DNA from: a virus
Direction: 5' to 3' (one strand)
Length of the DNA stretch: 56,543 nucleotides
IMG/VR virus record: IMGVR_UViG_3300038393_000879
Position 1 is the first letter of the stretch; every line of letters starts with the position of its first letter. Positions 19,738 through 28,902 of the stretch are shown here, in pieces. Position numbers and translations under genes: made by a program. The notes under the pieces are model-generated. The model saw only the letters and a list, made by a program, of their open reading frames with translations. It searched no databases and had not been told where the DNA came from.

Positions 19738-19961
19738 TGTGTATTTTCCTCCAACCAAGCTATTATTCTATTGAACATCGGCACATCGCTTTCATCAAAA
19801 TAGAATGTTGCATAAATTTTATAGCCGATAAATTCCACATAATAAATGCTGTATCTATCGAAGTCCATCGACATGTGTATCTGGTCGATTACTTTTTCCG
19901 TTTCCGGGATCGCGTCAATAATGGCGTTCATTTCTTCCATTGTCAGCGCTCTTTGTGTCAT
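19734..19961 (-). CDS. Hypothetical protein
   Basis: 75-aa ORF with 4-nt overlaps to its neighbours. Confidence 0.55.
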   Translation of the reverse strand: MTQRALTMEEMNAIIDAIPETEKVIDQIHMSMDFDRYSIYYVEFIGYKIYATFYFDESDVPMFNRIIAWLEENTQ

Positions 19962-20224
19962 CGCTGTTTCTCCGATACAAAATATTTCACAACGATCCCA
20001 GCACGATATTCCGTATCATTGATTTTGATTTCGTCTTGGCGCGGGTCCGCTTCGATTGGTTTCTTCAGCTCATTCGCGAGCTTCTGACCAAGCGCATGAA
20101 TTCGTTCTATTCCGGTTGAACTAACCGCAGCGACCTCGACATATCCGTTTTTCTCGAACTCTGCGATTGCTTTTCGTAACAAACGCTTCCCCTTTTCTTT
20201 ACCGATCGTTACAATCATTTTCAT
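19958..20224 (-). CDS. Hypothetical protein
   Basis: 88-aa ORF. Confidence 0.55.
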   Translation of the reverse strand: MKMIVTIGKEKGKRLLRKAIAEFEKNGYVEVAAVSSTGIERIHALGQKLANELKKPIEADPRQDEIKINDTEYRAGIVVKYFVSEKQR

Positions 20225-20384
20225 TCTCCTGTTCGTCTTTTAATAGTTTTTCAATTTCATCGAGTGCGTAGGTTATGCCATCGACGAGTTCTTTTTTCCC
20301 GTCGAGGCACAATTCTAACGCTTCCAAGCGTAACTTTACAATCTCAAACGATAGCTGCGATTTTCTAATGGTGGTTTTCTCCAT
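20199..20384 (-). CDS. Hypothetical protein
   Basis: 61-aa ORF. Confidence 0.45.
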   Translation of the reverse strand: MEKTTIRKSQLSFEIVKLRLEALELCLDGKKELVDGITYALDEIEKLLKDEQENENDCNDR

Positions 20385-20387
20385 GCA

Positions 20388-20816
20388 TTAAGCACCTGTG
20401 CTTCCAAGCCCGCCGTCAGACCGTGTTGTATCGCTTAATGCTGTTTGCTCCGCGAATTCAACCGCTGGGAATGGAACGATCATCAACTGGGCAATTCGAT
20501 CCCCTGCGTTTACTTGGAATATATCATAGCCAGCGTTATACAATAGCACTTGAATTTCTCCGCGGAAATCACTGTCGATTACTCCAACTGCGTTGCTTAA
20601 TGTGATCCCGAAATTTGCAGCGTTACCGGAACGCGGGAAGACGAGCCCAACATAACCCGGCGGAATTTCAACGGCGATACCTGTTCCAACCTTTACATGT
20701 ACGCCGACTTCGACTTGAACGGTGTCTGCTGCAACGAGGTCCATCGCTGCTGCTCCCGTTGTTTGATACGCTGGTGCTACTGCATTTTCTTTAACTTTCA
20801 TAAAATTTACTTGCAT
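20388..20816 (-). CDS. dut: dUTP diphosphatase
   Basis: GLVFPRSG … GVIDSDFRGEI … GDRIAQL. Confidence 0.85.
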   Translation of the reverse strand: MQVNFMKVKENAVAPAYQTTGAAAMDLVAADTVQVEVGVHVKVGTGIAVEIPPGYVGLVFPRSGNAANFGITLSNAVGVIDSDFRGEIQVLLYNAGYDIFQVNAGDRIAQLMIVPFPAVEFAEQTALSDTTRSDGGLGSTGA

Positions 20817-20838
20817 GAATTTTTCCCCCTAATATGGT

Positions 20839-21201
20839 TTAATATAATCCTCTTGGTATTCTAGCGATACTGGTTCGCCTTGGGCACAGAATTCCGTCGA
20901 TGTATTCGAGCGCTGTGTCCGGTTTTGCTTTATCGCCGCAAGTGAATATATCAATCGCTGCATATTGTAATTCTGGGTAGGTGTGGATTGAAATGTGGCT
21001 CTCTTCGAGTAATACGATTGCCGTTACGCCCTGCGGCGAGAATTGATGTGACTTAACTCCCAGAACGGTCATGTTAGAGGATCGTGCTGCTTCGACTAAT
21101 ACCGTTTCCAAGAGTTGCAAATTGTTTAGTAGTTTGCTAGAGACGCCTTCCATATCAATGATCAGGTGCGTCCCCAGGTTATTCGTCGTCTTCTTTTCCA
21201 T
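20839..21201 (-). CDS. speD: S-adenosylmethionine decarboxylase proenzyme (small pyruvoyl type)
   Basis: GTHLIIDM … FSPQGVTAIVLLEESHISIHTYPE … AIDIFTCG … IPRG. Confidence 0.8.
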   Translation of the reverse strand: MEKKTTNNLGTHLIIDMEGVSSKLLNNLQLLETVLVEAARSSNMTVLGVKSHQFSPQGVTAIVLLEESHISIHTYPELQYAAIDIFTCGDKAKPDTALEYIDGILCPRRTSIARIPRGLY

Positions 21202-21379
21202 AATGCTCTACCATTTCATTCATAATGTTCGTTACTAACACTAGAATGGAAGTAACGACAAACGCTTGTACAAATGTTAGCCCGAGGTATGGGAACACCA
21301 GCCAGCATATCCCATACGCCAGACCGGAAAACGCCCATACGGCAATAACCAACCCGAGTAGTTTTAACAATAACTCCAT
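21179..21379 (-). CDS. Small two-TM membrane protein
   Basis: 66 aa, strongly hydrophobic. Confidence 0.5.
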   Translation of the reverse strand: MELLLKLLGLVIAVWAFSGLAYGICWLVFPYLGLTFVQAFVVTSILVLVTNIMNEMVEHYGKEDDE

Positions 21380-21392
21380 TCGTTTCCTCCTA

Positions 21393-22043
21393 TTACCATT
21401 GTAAATTATCGGCGTGTTGCGCTATTTTCCCTCTGAAATTGATATTGAGCGCGCAAACATTTGCGTATTCTTCTGTTTCGAAATGTTTCATATAAGGAAC
21501 AAAACCCGATTTCTTTGGGTCTTTTAAGTCACATTGACCGTCGTGCCCAATCATAATGACCGTGCATGTATCATGTATCCGTGTAAGCACTTTCTTTAGT
21601 TCGCCTCTTGTAAAGTTTTGTGCTTCGTCAATGATCACAGTACAATTTTTAATGTTTGTTCCGCGAGCAAAAATGTGAGATTTCGGATAAACCCATGCTT
21701 GCTTATTTATGAACTCTGGGTCGTCCTCTTTATAGATTGCAAATCGAGGATCCTCACGAATTTCTTTTAGCGCGTCAATCAGCGGGAATAGGTACTCTTG
21801 TTCCTTATCTTCCTGCGTTCCCGGACGGAACCCCATTTCTTTTTCTTGCACCGGAGCAAAAATGTAAACCAACGGTTGGTTTAACAGTTTCGCAGAGGCA
21901 ACCGCGAGCGTTGTTTTTCCTGTCCCAGATTTTGCATTTACAATGGTGAATTTGTAATCAAAAATTGAGTTTACGTACTCCCTTTGTTCGTTTGTTAGTC
22001 GAGGCTCAAACCCAAATAACAAATTATTTTTCGGCAGCGGCAT
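21393..22043 (-). CDS. phoH: PhoH-like ATPase
   Basis: Walker A NAKSGTGKTTLAV; Walker B VIIDEAQN. Confidence 0.8.
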   Translation of the reverse strand: MPLPKNNLLFGFEPRLTNEQREYVNSIFDYKFTIVNAKSGTGKTTLAVASAKLLNQPLVYIFAPVQEKEMGFRPGTQEDKEQEYLFPLIDALKEIREDPRFAIYKEDDPEFINKQAWVYPKSHIFARGTNIKNCTVIIDEAQNFTRGELKKVLTRIHDTCTVIMIGHDGQCDLKDPKKSGFVPYMKHFETEEYANVCALNINFRGKIAQHADNLQW

Positions 22044-22587
22044 GATTGTTTCCTCCTGGTTTTTGATATTCTCTGTAGTGATTTCCTAAACAAATATTGG
22101 TTATCGTCGTTTTGGAACAGCTAAATATTTCTGCGATTTCTTTGTATAAAAGACCTTTGCTTCGCATATTTAATATTTCTTTAATCTGCTCTTCGTTGAA
22201 AATTCTTCTTGCTATCGCACCTTTTTTACCGTTTTCTCTGCTAGCTCTTAAACGAATTTCTTTTGGCGTGTCTTGAATATTTTCTTTGTGTGTTCCAAGT
22301 TTTAAGTTTTCTCTGCTGTTGTCTTTCTCGTTTCCGTTTAGGTGTCTAACTTCTATTCCTTTTTCGAAAACAGCTTCCCCGAAAAAATAATAAGCAGCGA
22401 ATTTGTGTTGGGGTATGGTTCCCTTTTTCTTTTGTCCAGCTTCTACATACCAATAAGAAAAGTTCAAGTATGTTACAGTTGATTTTCTGGATAGCTCAAC
22501 GCCTCTTGGCGTAACAATAACCCCATCATCTCTTGCGTAATAGCCCTCTTTAAGCGCCATTCGCGCAAGCAATTCCCATTTTCTCAC
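22024..22587 (-). CDS. Free-standing HNH homing-type endonuclease with C-terminal HTH
   Basis: VRHLNGNEKDNSRENLKLGTHKEN; C-terminal LLYKEIAEIFSCSKTTITNI. Confidence 0.7.
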   Translation of the reverse strand: MRKWELLARMALKEGYYARDDGVIVTPRGVELSRKSTVTYLNFSYWYVEAGQKKKGTIPQHKFAAYYFFGEAVFEKGIEVRHLNGNEKDNSRENLKLGTHKENIQDTPKEIRLRASRENGKKGAIARRIFNEEQIKEILNMRSKGLLYKEIAEIFSCSKTTITNICLGNHYREYQKPGGNNHAAAEK

Positions 22588-22599
22588 TTAATTTTCACC

Positions 22600-22848
22600 T
22601 TACTTTACTGGTTCGATTTTTACTGTTGCGACAAATTCGCGATTGATATAATACACTTCTTCTGCAAATACAACCTCAAACATTTGGTGCGCATTTCCCT
22701 TTAGCCAGTTGATAATCGGTTGTGTATGAGTTGGCGTTAACCCAGGCAATACGATTTTTTCACCGCCGGACATATCAATCGTTACATTTAATGTGATTTC
22801 TTCTTTTGTTTCCTGCGGCACTTCTTTTACTTCTTCTTTCTTTTTCAT
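22600..22848 (-). CDS. Hypothetical protein
   Basis: 82-aa ORF; first gene after promoter motif copy 2. Confidence 0.55.
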   Translation of the reverse strand: MKKKEEVKEVPQETKEEITLNVTIDMSGGEKIVLPGLTPTHTQPIINWLKGNAHQMFEVVFAEEVYYINREFVATVKIEPVK

Positions 22849-22876
22849 TTTTATTTCCTCCCTTTCACCCTAATAA

Positions 22877-22902
22877 TTCGGTGGTTTCATGTGTCCTGTA
22901 AC
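22877..22902 (-). promoter_or_regulatory. ECF-like promoter motif, copy 2
   Basis: tGTTACAggacacatgaaaccaCCGAATTATTA; about 20 nt downstream of the nrdJ terminator. Confidence 0.6.
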
Positions 22903-22922
22903 AGTTTTTAGAATAATAAAAT

Positions 22923-22951
22923 AAAAAAAGCGGGAAGCCGAAGCCTCCCTG
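22923..22951 (-). terminator. Rho-independent terminator after nrdJ
   Basis: GGGAGGC-UUCG-GCUUCCC followed by a U-run on the - strand. Confidence 0.8.
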
Positions 22952-22957
22952 TTTTTA

Positions 22958-24305
22958 TCAACGAATTGGACATACCCCTGAAAGGCACGAAGCGTCTGAA
23001 CCTAAATCGAAATCCGTTTCTACCGTTTCAAATTGTTCTAATAGTTTTGGATCAAACGGCTTCATTTGTGCTTTAAGTGTTTCGTAAGTCTTCTCGTCGC
23101 ATGCTTCGTAAGGTGCTAGTTTGTAAGTTCCACCGTCTAACGCAAGGAATGATACCGCCATGAACTCGTCCCAACGCTCGAATATCTTGTCTTCTAATAG
23201 CTCCCATTCGTGTGGACGAACAGTAATCGTATTTGACGAGTTGTGTTCGGTATAATTCTTTTGGAACATAAAATAAGTATCCAACTGTTCCAGTGCGGTT
23301 ACATCGTCTTTGGTTCTGGTGGAGCCGGATTGTATCGGGAAGTCAATCACGAGTGTTCGTGCATTGGTCCAGTCGCTGCCAACTTCCGGGTTTACATTCC
23401 AGTTTAAGCTCATCGCTACTTTCGCCAGTGGATCATCAGCGTTGATACGAATACGGCGAATATAAATCGGTGAGTGGCTCATGTGAAGACCCGATGAAAC
23501 GCCTCCCATAAGCTGTGAAATCGTGCCCTCTGGCTTGACGGTTGATACTAGCAGCGGTGCAGATACACGAAGCTCGTATGCGTAACGATCCGCCTCTTGA
23601 CGCGCAACTTTGCCGAGTTTCTTCAGTAGCTTCGCTTGTTGTTCGTCGTTATAACCCAGCATAGCGAAAGCGTCTTGAACGCCTGTTAACGATGTGCCGA
23701 GCAACCGGTCACGGTTTTGTTTCTCCGCCCAGTTATACAGCTCCAATTCAACGAGTGTCATACGAAGACAAACGCGTGCTGATAGTTTTTGAGCCTTAAT
23801 TAGTTCACGCTCGTTTAATACATATTTACCATTCTTGTATTCGACGAAAGCTGTTAAATTAACAGTTGATAAGTTACAAGTTTGGTATTTATCGAGGAGA
23901 ATTTCCGCACATGGGTTCATACCTTCGAAGTTCGGGCGGCGTCTGCGTCCCTCTTCCATATTTATAAATCCTGGCTCGCCCTCATTTTTCATCATTAAGA
24001 AAACAAGATGTAAAAACTCGCGGCTTGGCTTTTCATCAAACGCGATAGAGTTATTGCTCATGCGTCTGTGGTGCATTGGACGACCAAAGTTGTAAGGCTG
24101 TTCGCCATTTACCTTTTCGTCATAATGCTTGGTGCCGACTTCATCGAACCAAACAGGAACCGGAATTTCTAATTCGATCATTTTCTGTTTGATTTCTTCG
24201 TGGCGTTCGAATTGTTCCTCCGACCACAAACCGTTAATTCCGTATTTTGCGAACATACTCTCGAAATCATTTGCACTGAATAGGTTAATTTCGGCTGTGC
24301 GTCTT
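22958..24305 (-). CDS. nrdJ: Class II (B12-dependent) ribonucleotide reductase, exon 2
   Basis: Frame reopens as RRTAEINLFSANDFESMFAKYG…; C-terminal CLSGVCPIR. Confidence 0.8.
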
Positions 24306-24491
24306 CATTCAGCCATGTTTCCCGCATTTCTACGAGGTTCGGACTATCGCTTATTCTTCGAATATACGAAGCTCTCAACCGCTTTAGTCTCTCACGCTAG
24401 CATTACCCTTGCGCCCTGTTGCCTACGCCCGAAGCGTTTAGGTTCCAAGTCAATTAGGTCGAGTTTTTAAAGTGGGGCAAGACGACTTTTT
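24306..24491 (-). mobile_element. Group I self-splicing intron (186 nt, no ORF) interrupting nrdJ
   Basis: P1 GUGGGGU/GCCCCAC with a U.G pair at the 5' splice site; P7 GACUA/UAGUC; P8 CUUCG…CGAAG; terminal G; splicing restores the frame. Confidence 0.8.
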
Positions 24492-25402
24492 ACCCCACCA
24501 ACGACAACATTGTTGCCGATTAAGTTGCCCATATCGAGAATTCCGATTGGACGAATTTTTACATAACCGTTTCCGACTTCTTCCCACTTTGGAATTGATG
24601 GGTCAAGCTGGTTTTTTAATACCTGGTCAAACCCTTCGAACATTTCCTTTAGCGGCTCCGGTCCTGAAGCGGTTCCTCCGAAAGTCTTTAGGCGCTCACC
24701 CTTTGGACGAACAGAGTTGAAATTTATCTTGATTGTGTGGATATGCTCGTATTCTTTTTCAGATAAAATCATTAAATAATTATCGAGCGCTTGGCACCAA
24801 CCCTCTTTACTATCTCCAACAAAGATTTTCGCGTATCCATTTCCGAGATCCTGCAGTTCTGTTTTGTGTAAGCGCTCGTGTTTTTCAACCGGATTGTATT
24901 CTGATAGAATTAAATCCACATTGTTACGAATTGGTGCGAGTTTGTCGATAACTTCGAATGTTGTCTTAAAACCTACGCCTGTCCCAACGAGCAATAAATA
25001 AAATAACTGCGCAAGGTCGTTCCATTTCTCGATGTTTAGGAATGAACAGTTAAAGTTCGCAAGCGGATACTTACGCGCAACGCTGTTTTCATCGCTGGAA
25101 CCAACCCAAAGTGTACGCCCTGAAACGCTTTGACGCAGATTGAACATGTTTTCAAACAATAGTTTGGCTTCTCGTTCTAGCGCCTTCTTATCTGGTTTGT
25201 AACCAATCTTACGCAGGTGCTCTTCCGCTAGTGAAATATTGTAATCAGCGGCTCTTGCTGCGGTTTCTTTCCATGTTTCGCGTCGTCCCGCCTCCGGTAG
25301 CCAACGGGAATAAGTTCTGTAAAATACGAATTTCCCAAGCTCGTTCATGTGCGCCGGGAACCCCTCAAATTTGTTTAAATATTTTTCCGGTAAAAACTTC
25401 AT
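24492..25402 (-). CDS. nrdJ: Class II ribonucleotide reductase, exon 1
   Basis: MKFLPEKYLNKF…FYRTYSRW…; ends …NNVVVGGV at the splice site. Confidence 0.8.
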
Positions 25403-25420
25403 TTCTGTAATCCTCCTGTT

Positions 25421-25810
25421 TTAAAATGGAAATTTAGTATAGTCGCTGGCGGTTAAGCTGCCGGTAACTCGTTTATTTTTTCGTGGGGTAACTCGGATCG
25501 TGAAACCTTTCGCTGTTGGCGGAATGTCTGTAATGGGAACATAATAGATTTCATCGTTTGACGGGGAATAAACGGCGAAGTAATCAACCGTTAGTGGGTC
25601 GTACGGCACATCAAAAGTAACACGCAAATTATTATCGCGCTTGTCCACGCGTGCGGTCTTGATTTGAATGCGTTTGAACTCCGTTCCCAAATCTATTATT
25701 CTATCGTATCGTGTTGTTACCTTCGGAAATAGAATGTTATAACCGTGTTTGATTACATCGAGCTCAATTACAGTTTCTGAAAGCGTTCCGGTTTGAATGC
25801 TTGGCGTCAT
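25421..25810 (-). CDS. PD-(D/E)XK endonuclease (intron-type homing endonuclease family, free-standing)
   Basis: ELDVIKHGY…YDRIIDLG…FKRIQIKT core. Confidence 0.5.
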   Translation of the reverse strand: MTPSIQTGTLSETVIELDVIKHGYNILFPKVTTRYDRIIDLGTEFKRIQIKTARVDKRDNNLRVTFDVPYDPLTVDYFAVYSPSNDEIYYVPITDIPPTAKGFTIRVTPRKNKRVTGSLTASDYTKFPF

Positions 25811-26260
25811 TTATTCTTCCTCCCCATCTAAATTATTCGGTGCTTCTTCCTGCTCTGTAACATTCGCGAGTAATTTTGTTGCAACTCTTGACGGAAAAGT
25901 ATCTTCGAGTTCTCGGATCGTTACTTCCATTCGTTGCGGCTCCGCTTTATCCACGACTAAATACCCAACCACTTCGCGCACTTGTTTATCATCGTTCCAC
26001 GCGGCTCCGTTTAGCCCATCGAGTGCTATTTTGATATAGTTATCAACATCACCATGATTGTTTTTGTCGAAATAAATAAAAACCTCCACGCGTAATAGAC
26101 CGGTTAATTTCGGCTTGCTTCCGTGTTTTGCTTTGTAATTCGCATAAACTTTCGCTTCGTACTCTTTTGTTTTCTTTGGCGTGTAAGCACGACCATAACT
26201 CATACGAGGTCTTTCTTTCGCCTGCGGTCTGCCTGGTACGGAAAAGTGTCTGATTTCCAT
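25811..26260 (-). CDS. rusA: RusA-like Holliday junction resolvase
   Basis: GRPQAKERPR … GDVDNYIKIALDGLNGAAWNDDKQV. Confidence 0.8.
   Translation of the reverse strand: MEIRHFSVPGRPQAKERPRMSYGRAYTPKKTKEYEAKVYANYKAKHGSKPKLTGLLRVEVFIYFDKNNHGDVDNYIKIALDGLNGAAWNDDKQVREVVGYLVVDKAEPQRMEVTIRELEDTFPSRVATKLLANVTEQEEAPNNLDGEEE
25836..25861 (-). promoter_or_regulatory. ECF-like promoter motif, copy 6 (inside the 3' end of rusA)
   Basis: tGTTACAgagcaggaagaagcaCCGAATAATTT; same spacing as the other five copies. Confidence 0.5.
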
Positions 26261-26308
26261 TTTGTAATCTCCTTAAAAGTAATTAAAAAAGACGCCCGTA
26301 GGCGCCCT

Positions 26309-26536
26309 TTAGACAAACATATAATCGACGATTTGAACTTGCGGATTATTTTTTAATCGCAGCCAATCGTCATAAGCGTTTAAATAATATTCGAATTTTT
26401 CTTGAATGTTTTCCGTGTTGATAATGAGCTCGGTTGCTCCGGTCGGAAGCCTTACGCCAATCACCATTTTTGTAAATTCTCCGCTTTCGAAATAGTCAAG
26501 ACTGAACTTTTCTTTCATCGTTAAATAATCTTTCAT
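26309..26536 (-). CDS. Hypothetical protein
   Basis: 75-aa ORF. Confidence 0.55.
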   Translation of the reverse strand: MKDYLTMKEKFSLDYFESGEFTKMVIGVRLPTGATELIINTENIQEKFEYYLNAYDDWLRLKNNPQVQIVDYMFV

Positions 26537-26545
26537 AGCGCCCTC

Positions 26546-26857
26546 CTAAATGTATAACAGCGGCAACCGCGCTTGGTTGTGTGTTACGATCTCTTTCAAT
26601 AGAAAATTCGCTTCATGCTCCGGCAGCTCGATCATGTGACCATGCTGATCGAATAACCGCCCCAGTAAATAAACATCATAGCTTGGTAGTTTAGCGGTTA
26701 AATGGTTAAAAGGTCTGTCCGCTTTTACCACATGAACGCTATAGTTTTCGTTTTCATACGAGAAAACAATTTCAACGGTCGTACCTTCGATATAATTCTG
26801 GTAGGTATCCGTGAGAAGCATAACATGGTAAAGCGTTTTAATTTCGATAATCTTCAC
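26546..26857 (-). CDS. Hypothetical protein
   Basis: 103-aa ORF. Confidence 0.55.
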   Translation of the reverse strand: MKIIEIKTLYHVMLLTDTYQNYIEGTTVEIVFSYENENYSVHVVKADRPFNHLTAKLPSYDVYLLGRLFDQHGHMIELPEHEANFLLKEIVTHNQARLPLLYI

Positions 26858-26949
26858 AAAATGCCCCCTAAAATGGCTTGATTTTTATTTCGGTAGGTGT
26901 TAACCCAGGAATTGGGAATAAAACGAAAAAATGGGGCAATCTCGTCGCT

Positions 26950-27243
26950 TTAACGACTATTGCACCCATCTTCGAAATCTTCTTCAGCGTCGTATTCTTC
27001 TTCGTCTTCTTCTTCGTAATCGTCCTGCTCCATACGGAAACCAATCGCTGGTGTTTCTTCCGGGTCCGGCATTGGCTGATCACCATAATTGATAACCCAC
27101 GCTGGTTTGATTTCACTCGTTTCAACCAGTCCCGTTTCTTTTTGCAGAAATAGTTTCGCAATATCATAGTATTGTTCGGTAATGTCAAGCGCGTCTAGCA
27201 TTTTTGTTAACTCTTTGCGTGAATATACGATTACTTGTTTCAT
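26950..27243 (-). CDS. Hypothetical protein with acidic C-terminal half
   Basis: 97-aa ORF; preferred over the overlapping 26868-27188 frame. Confidence 0.5.
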   Translation of the reverse strand: MKQVIVYSRKELTKMLDALDITEQYYDIAKLFLQKETGLVETSEIKPAWVINYGDQPMPDPEETPAIGFRMEQDDYEEEDEEEYDAEEDFEDGCNSR

Positions 27244-28082
27244 AGTTTGTAGCCTCCGTCTTTATGGCATTGAGTTTTAAACGGGCAAAAGTTACATTTA
27301 TCAAGTTCTGGCTCCGGTATTGTGTTCTCTTCGACCGCTTTCACAATTTTCGCTAGGCGTATTAGTAATGCTTTCGCTTCGTCTTTATCGACTTCGACAT
27401 AAAAATGTGCGATGTCCGGTTTCTCCGGGTGATTATCGTTCCACTCTGGCTTTTGCAACGCTTCGTATTCGAATATCCACTTATCAATTCCCCAAATTAG
27501 AAAGTATGCAACGGCTTGCTGGCGGTGTGTGTCCTGTACGCGACCGTCTTTCATAATTTTATTCAGGTTCTTGCGCTTGTCTTTCGTTTTCTTTTCCCAG
27601 CCGAGAATGGTTTCAACTTCGCCCTCATCGTTTAATAACGCTAGGCGCCCATCGCTTCTACCGCGTAATTTCACGGTGTATTGACCGACCTTGTAAGATT
27701 TTTCTCCTTTAATTTCTGGTTCGAGAAAACGGAACTTTACCGGGATCCCCGCTTTATTCAGCTTCTCTTCCATCTTTAAATAATCCGCTTGGGTCACATC
27801 GTGACTTCCTGTTCCATTTCGCGATAACCTTTCTTTCCAGGCGATCAATTCGATTTCATCAAGCGGGGCATTCGTATTCTCGTAAAATAGATGTCTAGCG
27901 CAATTTGTTACTCCGCTCGGCGAGAAATACACTTCTTTACGCTGCCACCTGTTTCGGGGTAACGAGTAAAATGCCTCTACCTGTTCGGTGAATAACTCCG
28001 CTAGGGATTGGTCTAACGGGTTCGGGACGATCTCTGTGTAGCTTTCGTCTTTGCCGTCAAAGAAATATTTTTTTTCGGACAT
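27240..28082 (-). CDS. PD-(D/E)XK exonuclease, Cas4/RecB-like with a Cys cluster
   Basis: One N-terminal Cys plus C-terminal CNFCPFKTQC; nuclease-like core. Confidence 0.65.
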   Translation of the reverse strand: MSEKKYFFDGKDESYTEIVPNPLDQSLAELFTEQVEAFYSLPRNRWQRKEVYFSPSGVTNCARHLFYENTNAPLDEIELIAWKERLSRNGTGSHDVTQADYLKMEEKLNKAGIPVKFRFLEPEIKGEKSYKVGQYTVKLRGRSDGRLALLNDEGEVETILGWEKKTKDKRKNLNKIMKDGRVQDTHRQQAVAYFLIWGIDKWIFEYEALQKPEWNDNHPEKPDIAHFYVEVDKDEAKALLIRLAKIVKAVEENTIPEPELDKCNFCPFKTQCHKDGGYKL

Positions 28083-28094
28083 TTTTGTTCCTCC

Positions 28095-28316
28095 CTAGAA
28101 TATGATAGAGTGTAAAACCATCTTTAAAATTTCGAATGCTTGGTCTTTTGTTAATCCGTTTTCGATTGCTTTATCATAAAACAACATCGCGTAAGTCATG
28201 GTTTGTTCCACCATTTCGTTCGCTAATCCGCTGTTAATGTTTTGCTTTGCCCTTTCGAGGTGCTCGCGTTCTTCGCCTTCGTCGAACATGTTTTTCATAA
28301 ATTCTTCAAAATCCAT
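28095..28316 (-). CDS. Hypothetical protein
   Basis: 73-aa ORF. Confidence 0.5.
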   Translation of the reverse strand: MDFEEFMKNMFDEGEEREHLERAKQNINSGLANEMVEQTMTYAMLFYDKAIENGLTKDQAFEILKMVLHSIIF

Positions 28317-28570
28317 TATTCGTTACCTCCGTTTATGAAATCGTTTAATTGTTCTGGGTACAGTAAACCGGTGTGTTTTTTGATTACGGTTTCGCCATCT
28401 AATAGCACGAGTGTTGGAACGCCGGCAAAATCGTATTTCTCCACGAGGTCTTCACGCTCAAGTGCATTTATTTCTTCGATCTCTACGCCGCTGGTGTCGA
28501 TCTGCTGCATGAATACGGATAACTGACGGCAAGATGTGCAGGTCGGTGTTGAAAATTTTAATAGCTTCAT
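28316..28570 (-). CDS. Thioredoxin/glutaredoxin-like protein
   Basis: FSTPTCTSCRQL (CxxC) in an 84-aa protein. Confidence 0.65.
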   Translation of the reverse strand: MKLLKFSTPTCTSCRQLSVFMQQIDTSGVEIEEINALEREDLVEKYDFAGVPTLVLLDGETVIKKHTGLLYPEQLNDFINGGNE

Positions 28571-28902
28571 TATGATTTTCCTCCTTGTTGGTTCATCGCT
28601 TTCAGTACACGCTGGAAAATTTCTTCGTATAAATCGTCAATTTGTTTCTCTGGTGATGTTACTTTCATTTCTGCGGTAAATAATATTTGTTGCCTGTGAA
28701 ATCCTTCGAGTTCTTCGAGTTTTATTATCGCTGCTTCGTATGCGTATTTCTCGCCAAGTTCGACATCAAAATCTTTGGGATTAACGCATGCTGATGTTCC
28801 GATTACTTCGAAACCGTTCTTTAACTTTAAGCAGCAAACGGTTGTCTTCTCGCCAATGCGGTTAAAATAAATCTCTTTGATTAAATACTGCATTATAGCC
28901 AC
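28570..28902 (-). CDS. N4 Gp49 / Sf6 gp66-family protein
   Basis: CCLKLKNGFEVIGTSACVNPKDFDVELGEKYAYEAA. Confidence 0.6.
   Translation of the reverse strand: MAIMQYLIKEIYFNRIGEKTTVCCLKLKNGFEVIGTSACVNPKDFDVELGEKYAYEAAIIKLEELEGFHRQQILFTAEMKVTSPEKQIDDLYEEIFQRVLKAMNQQGGKS

Noticed and set aside
26868-27188. 106-aa - strand and 91-aa + strand ORFs overlapping 26950-27243
   Set aside because: Both are low-complexity Lys/Thr- or Phe-rich frames of a GAA-repeat region. The acidic frame 26950-27243 fits the operon spacing.
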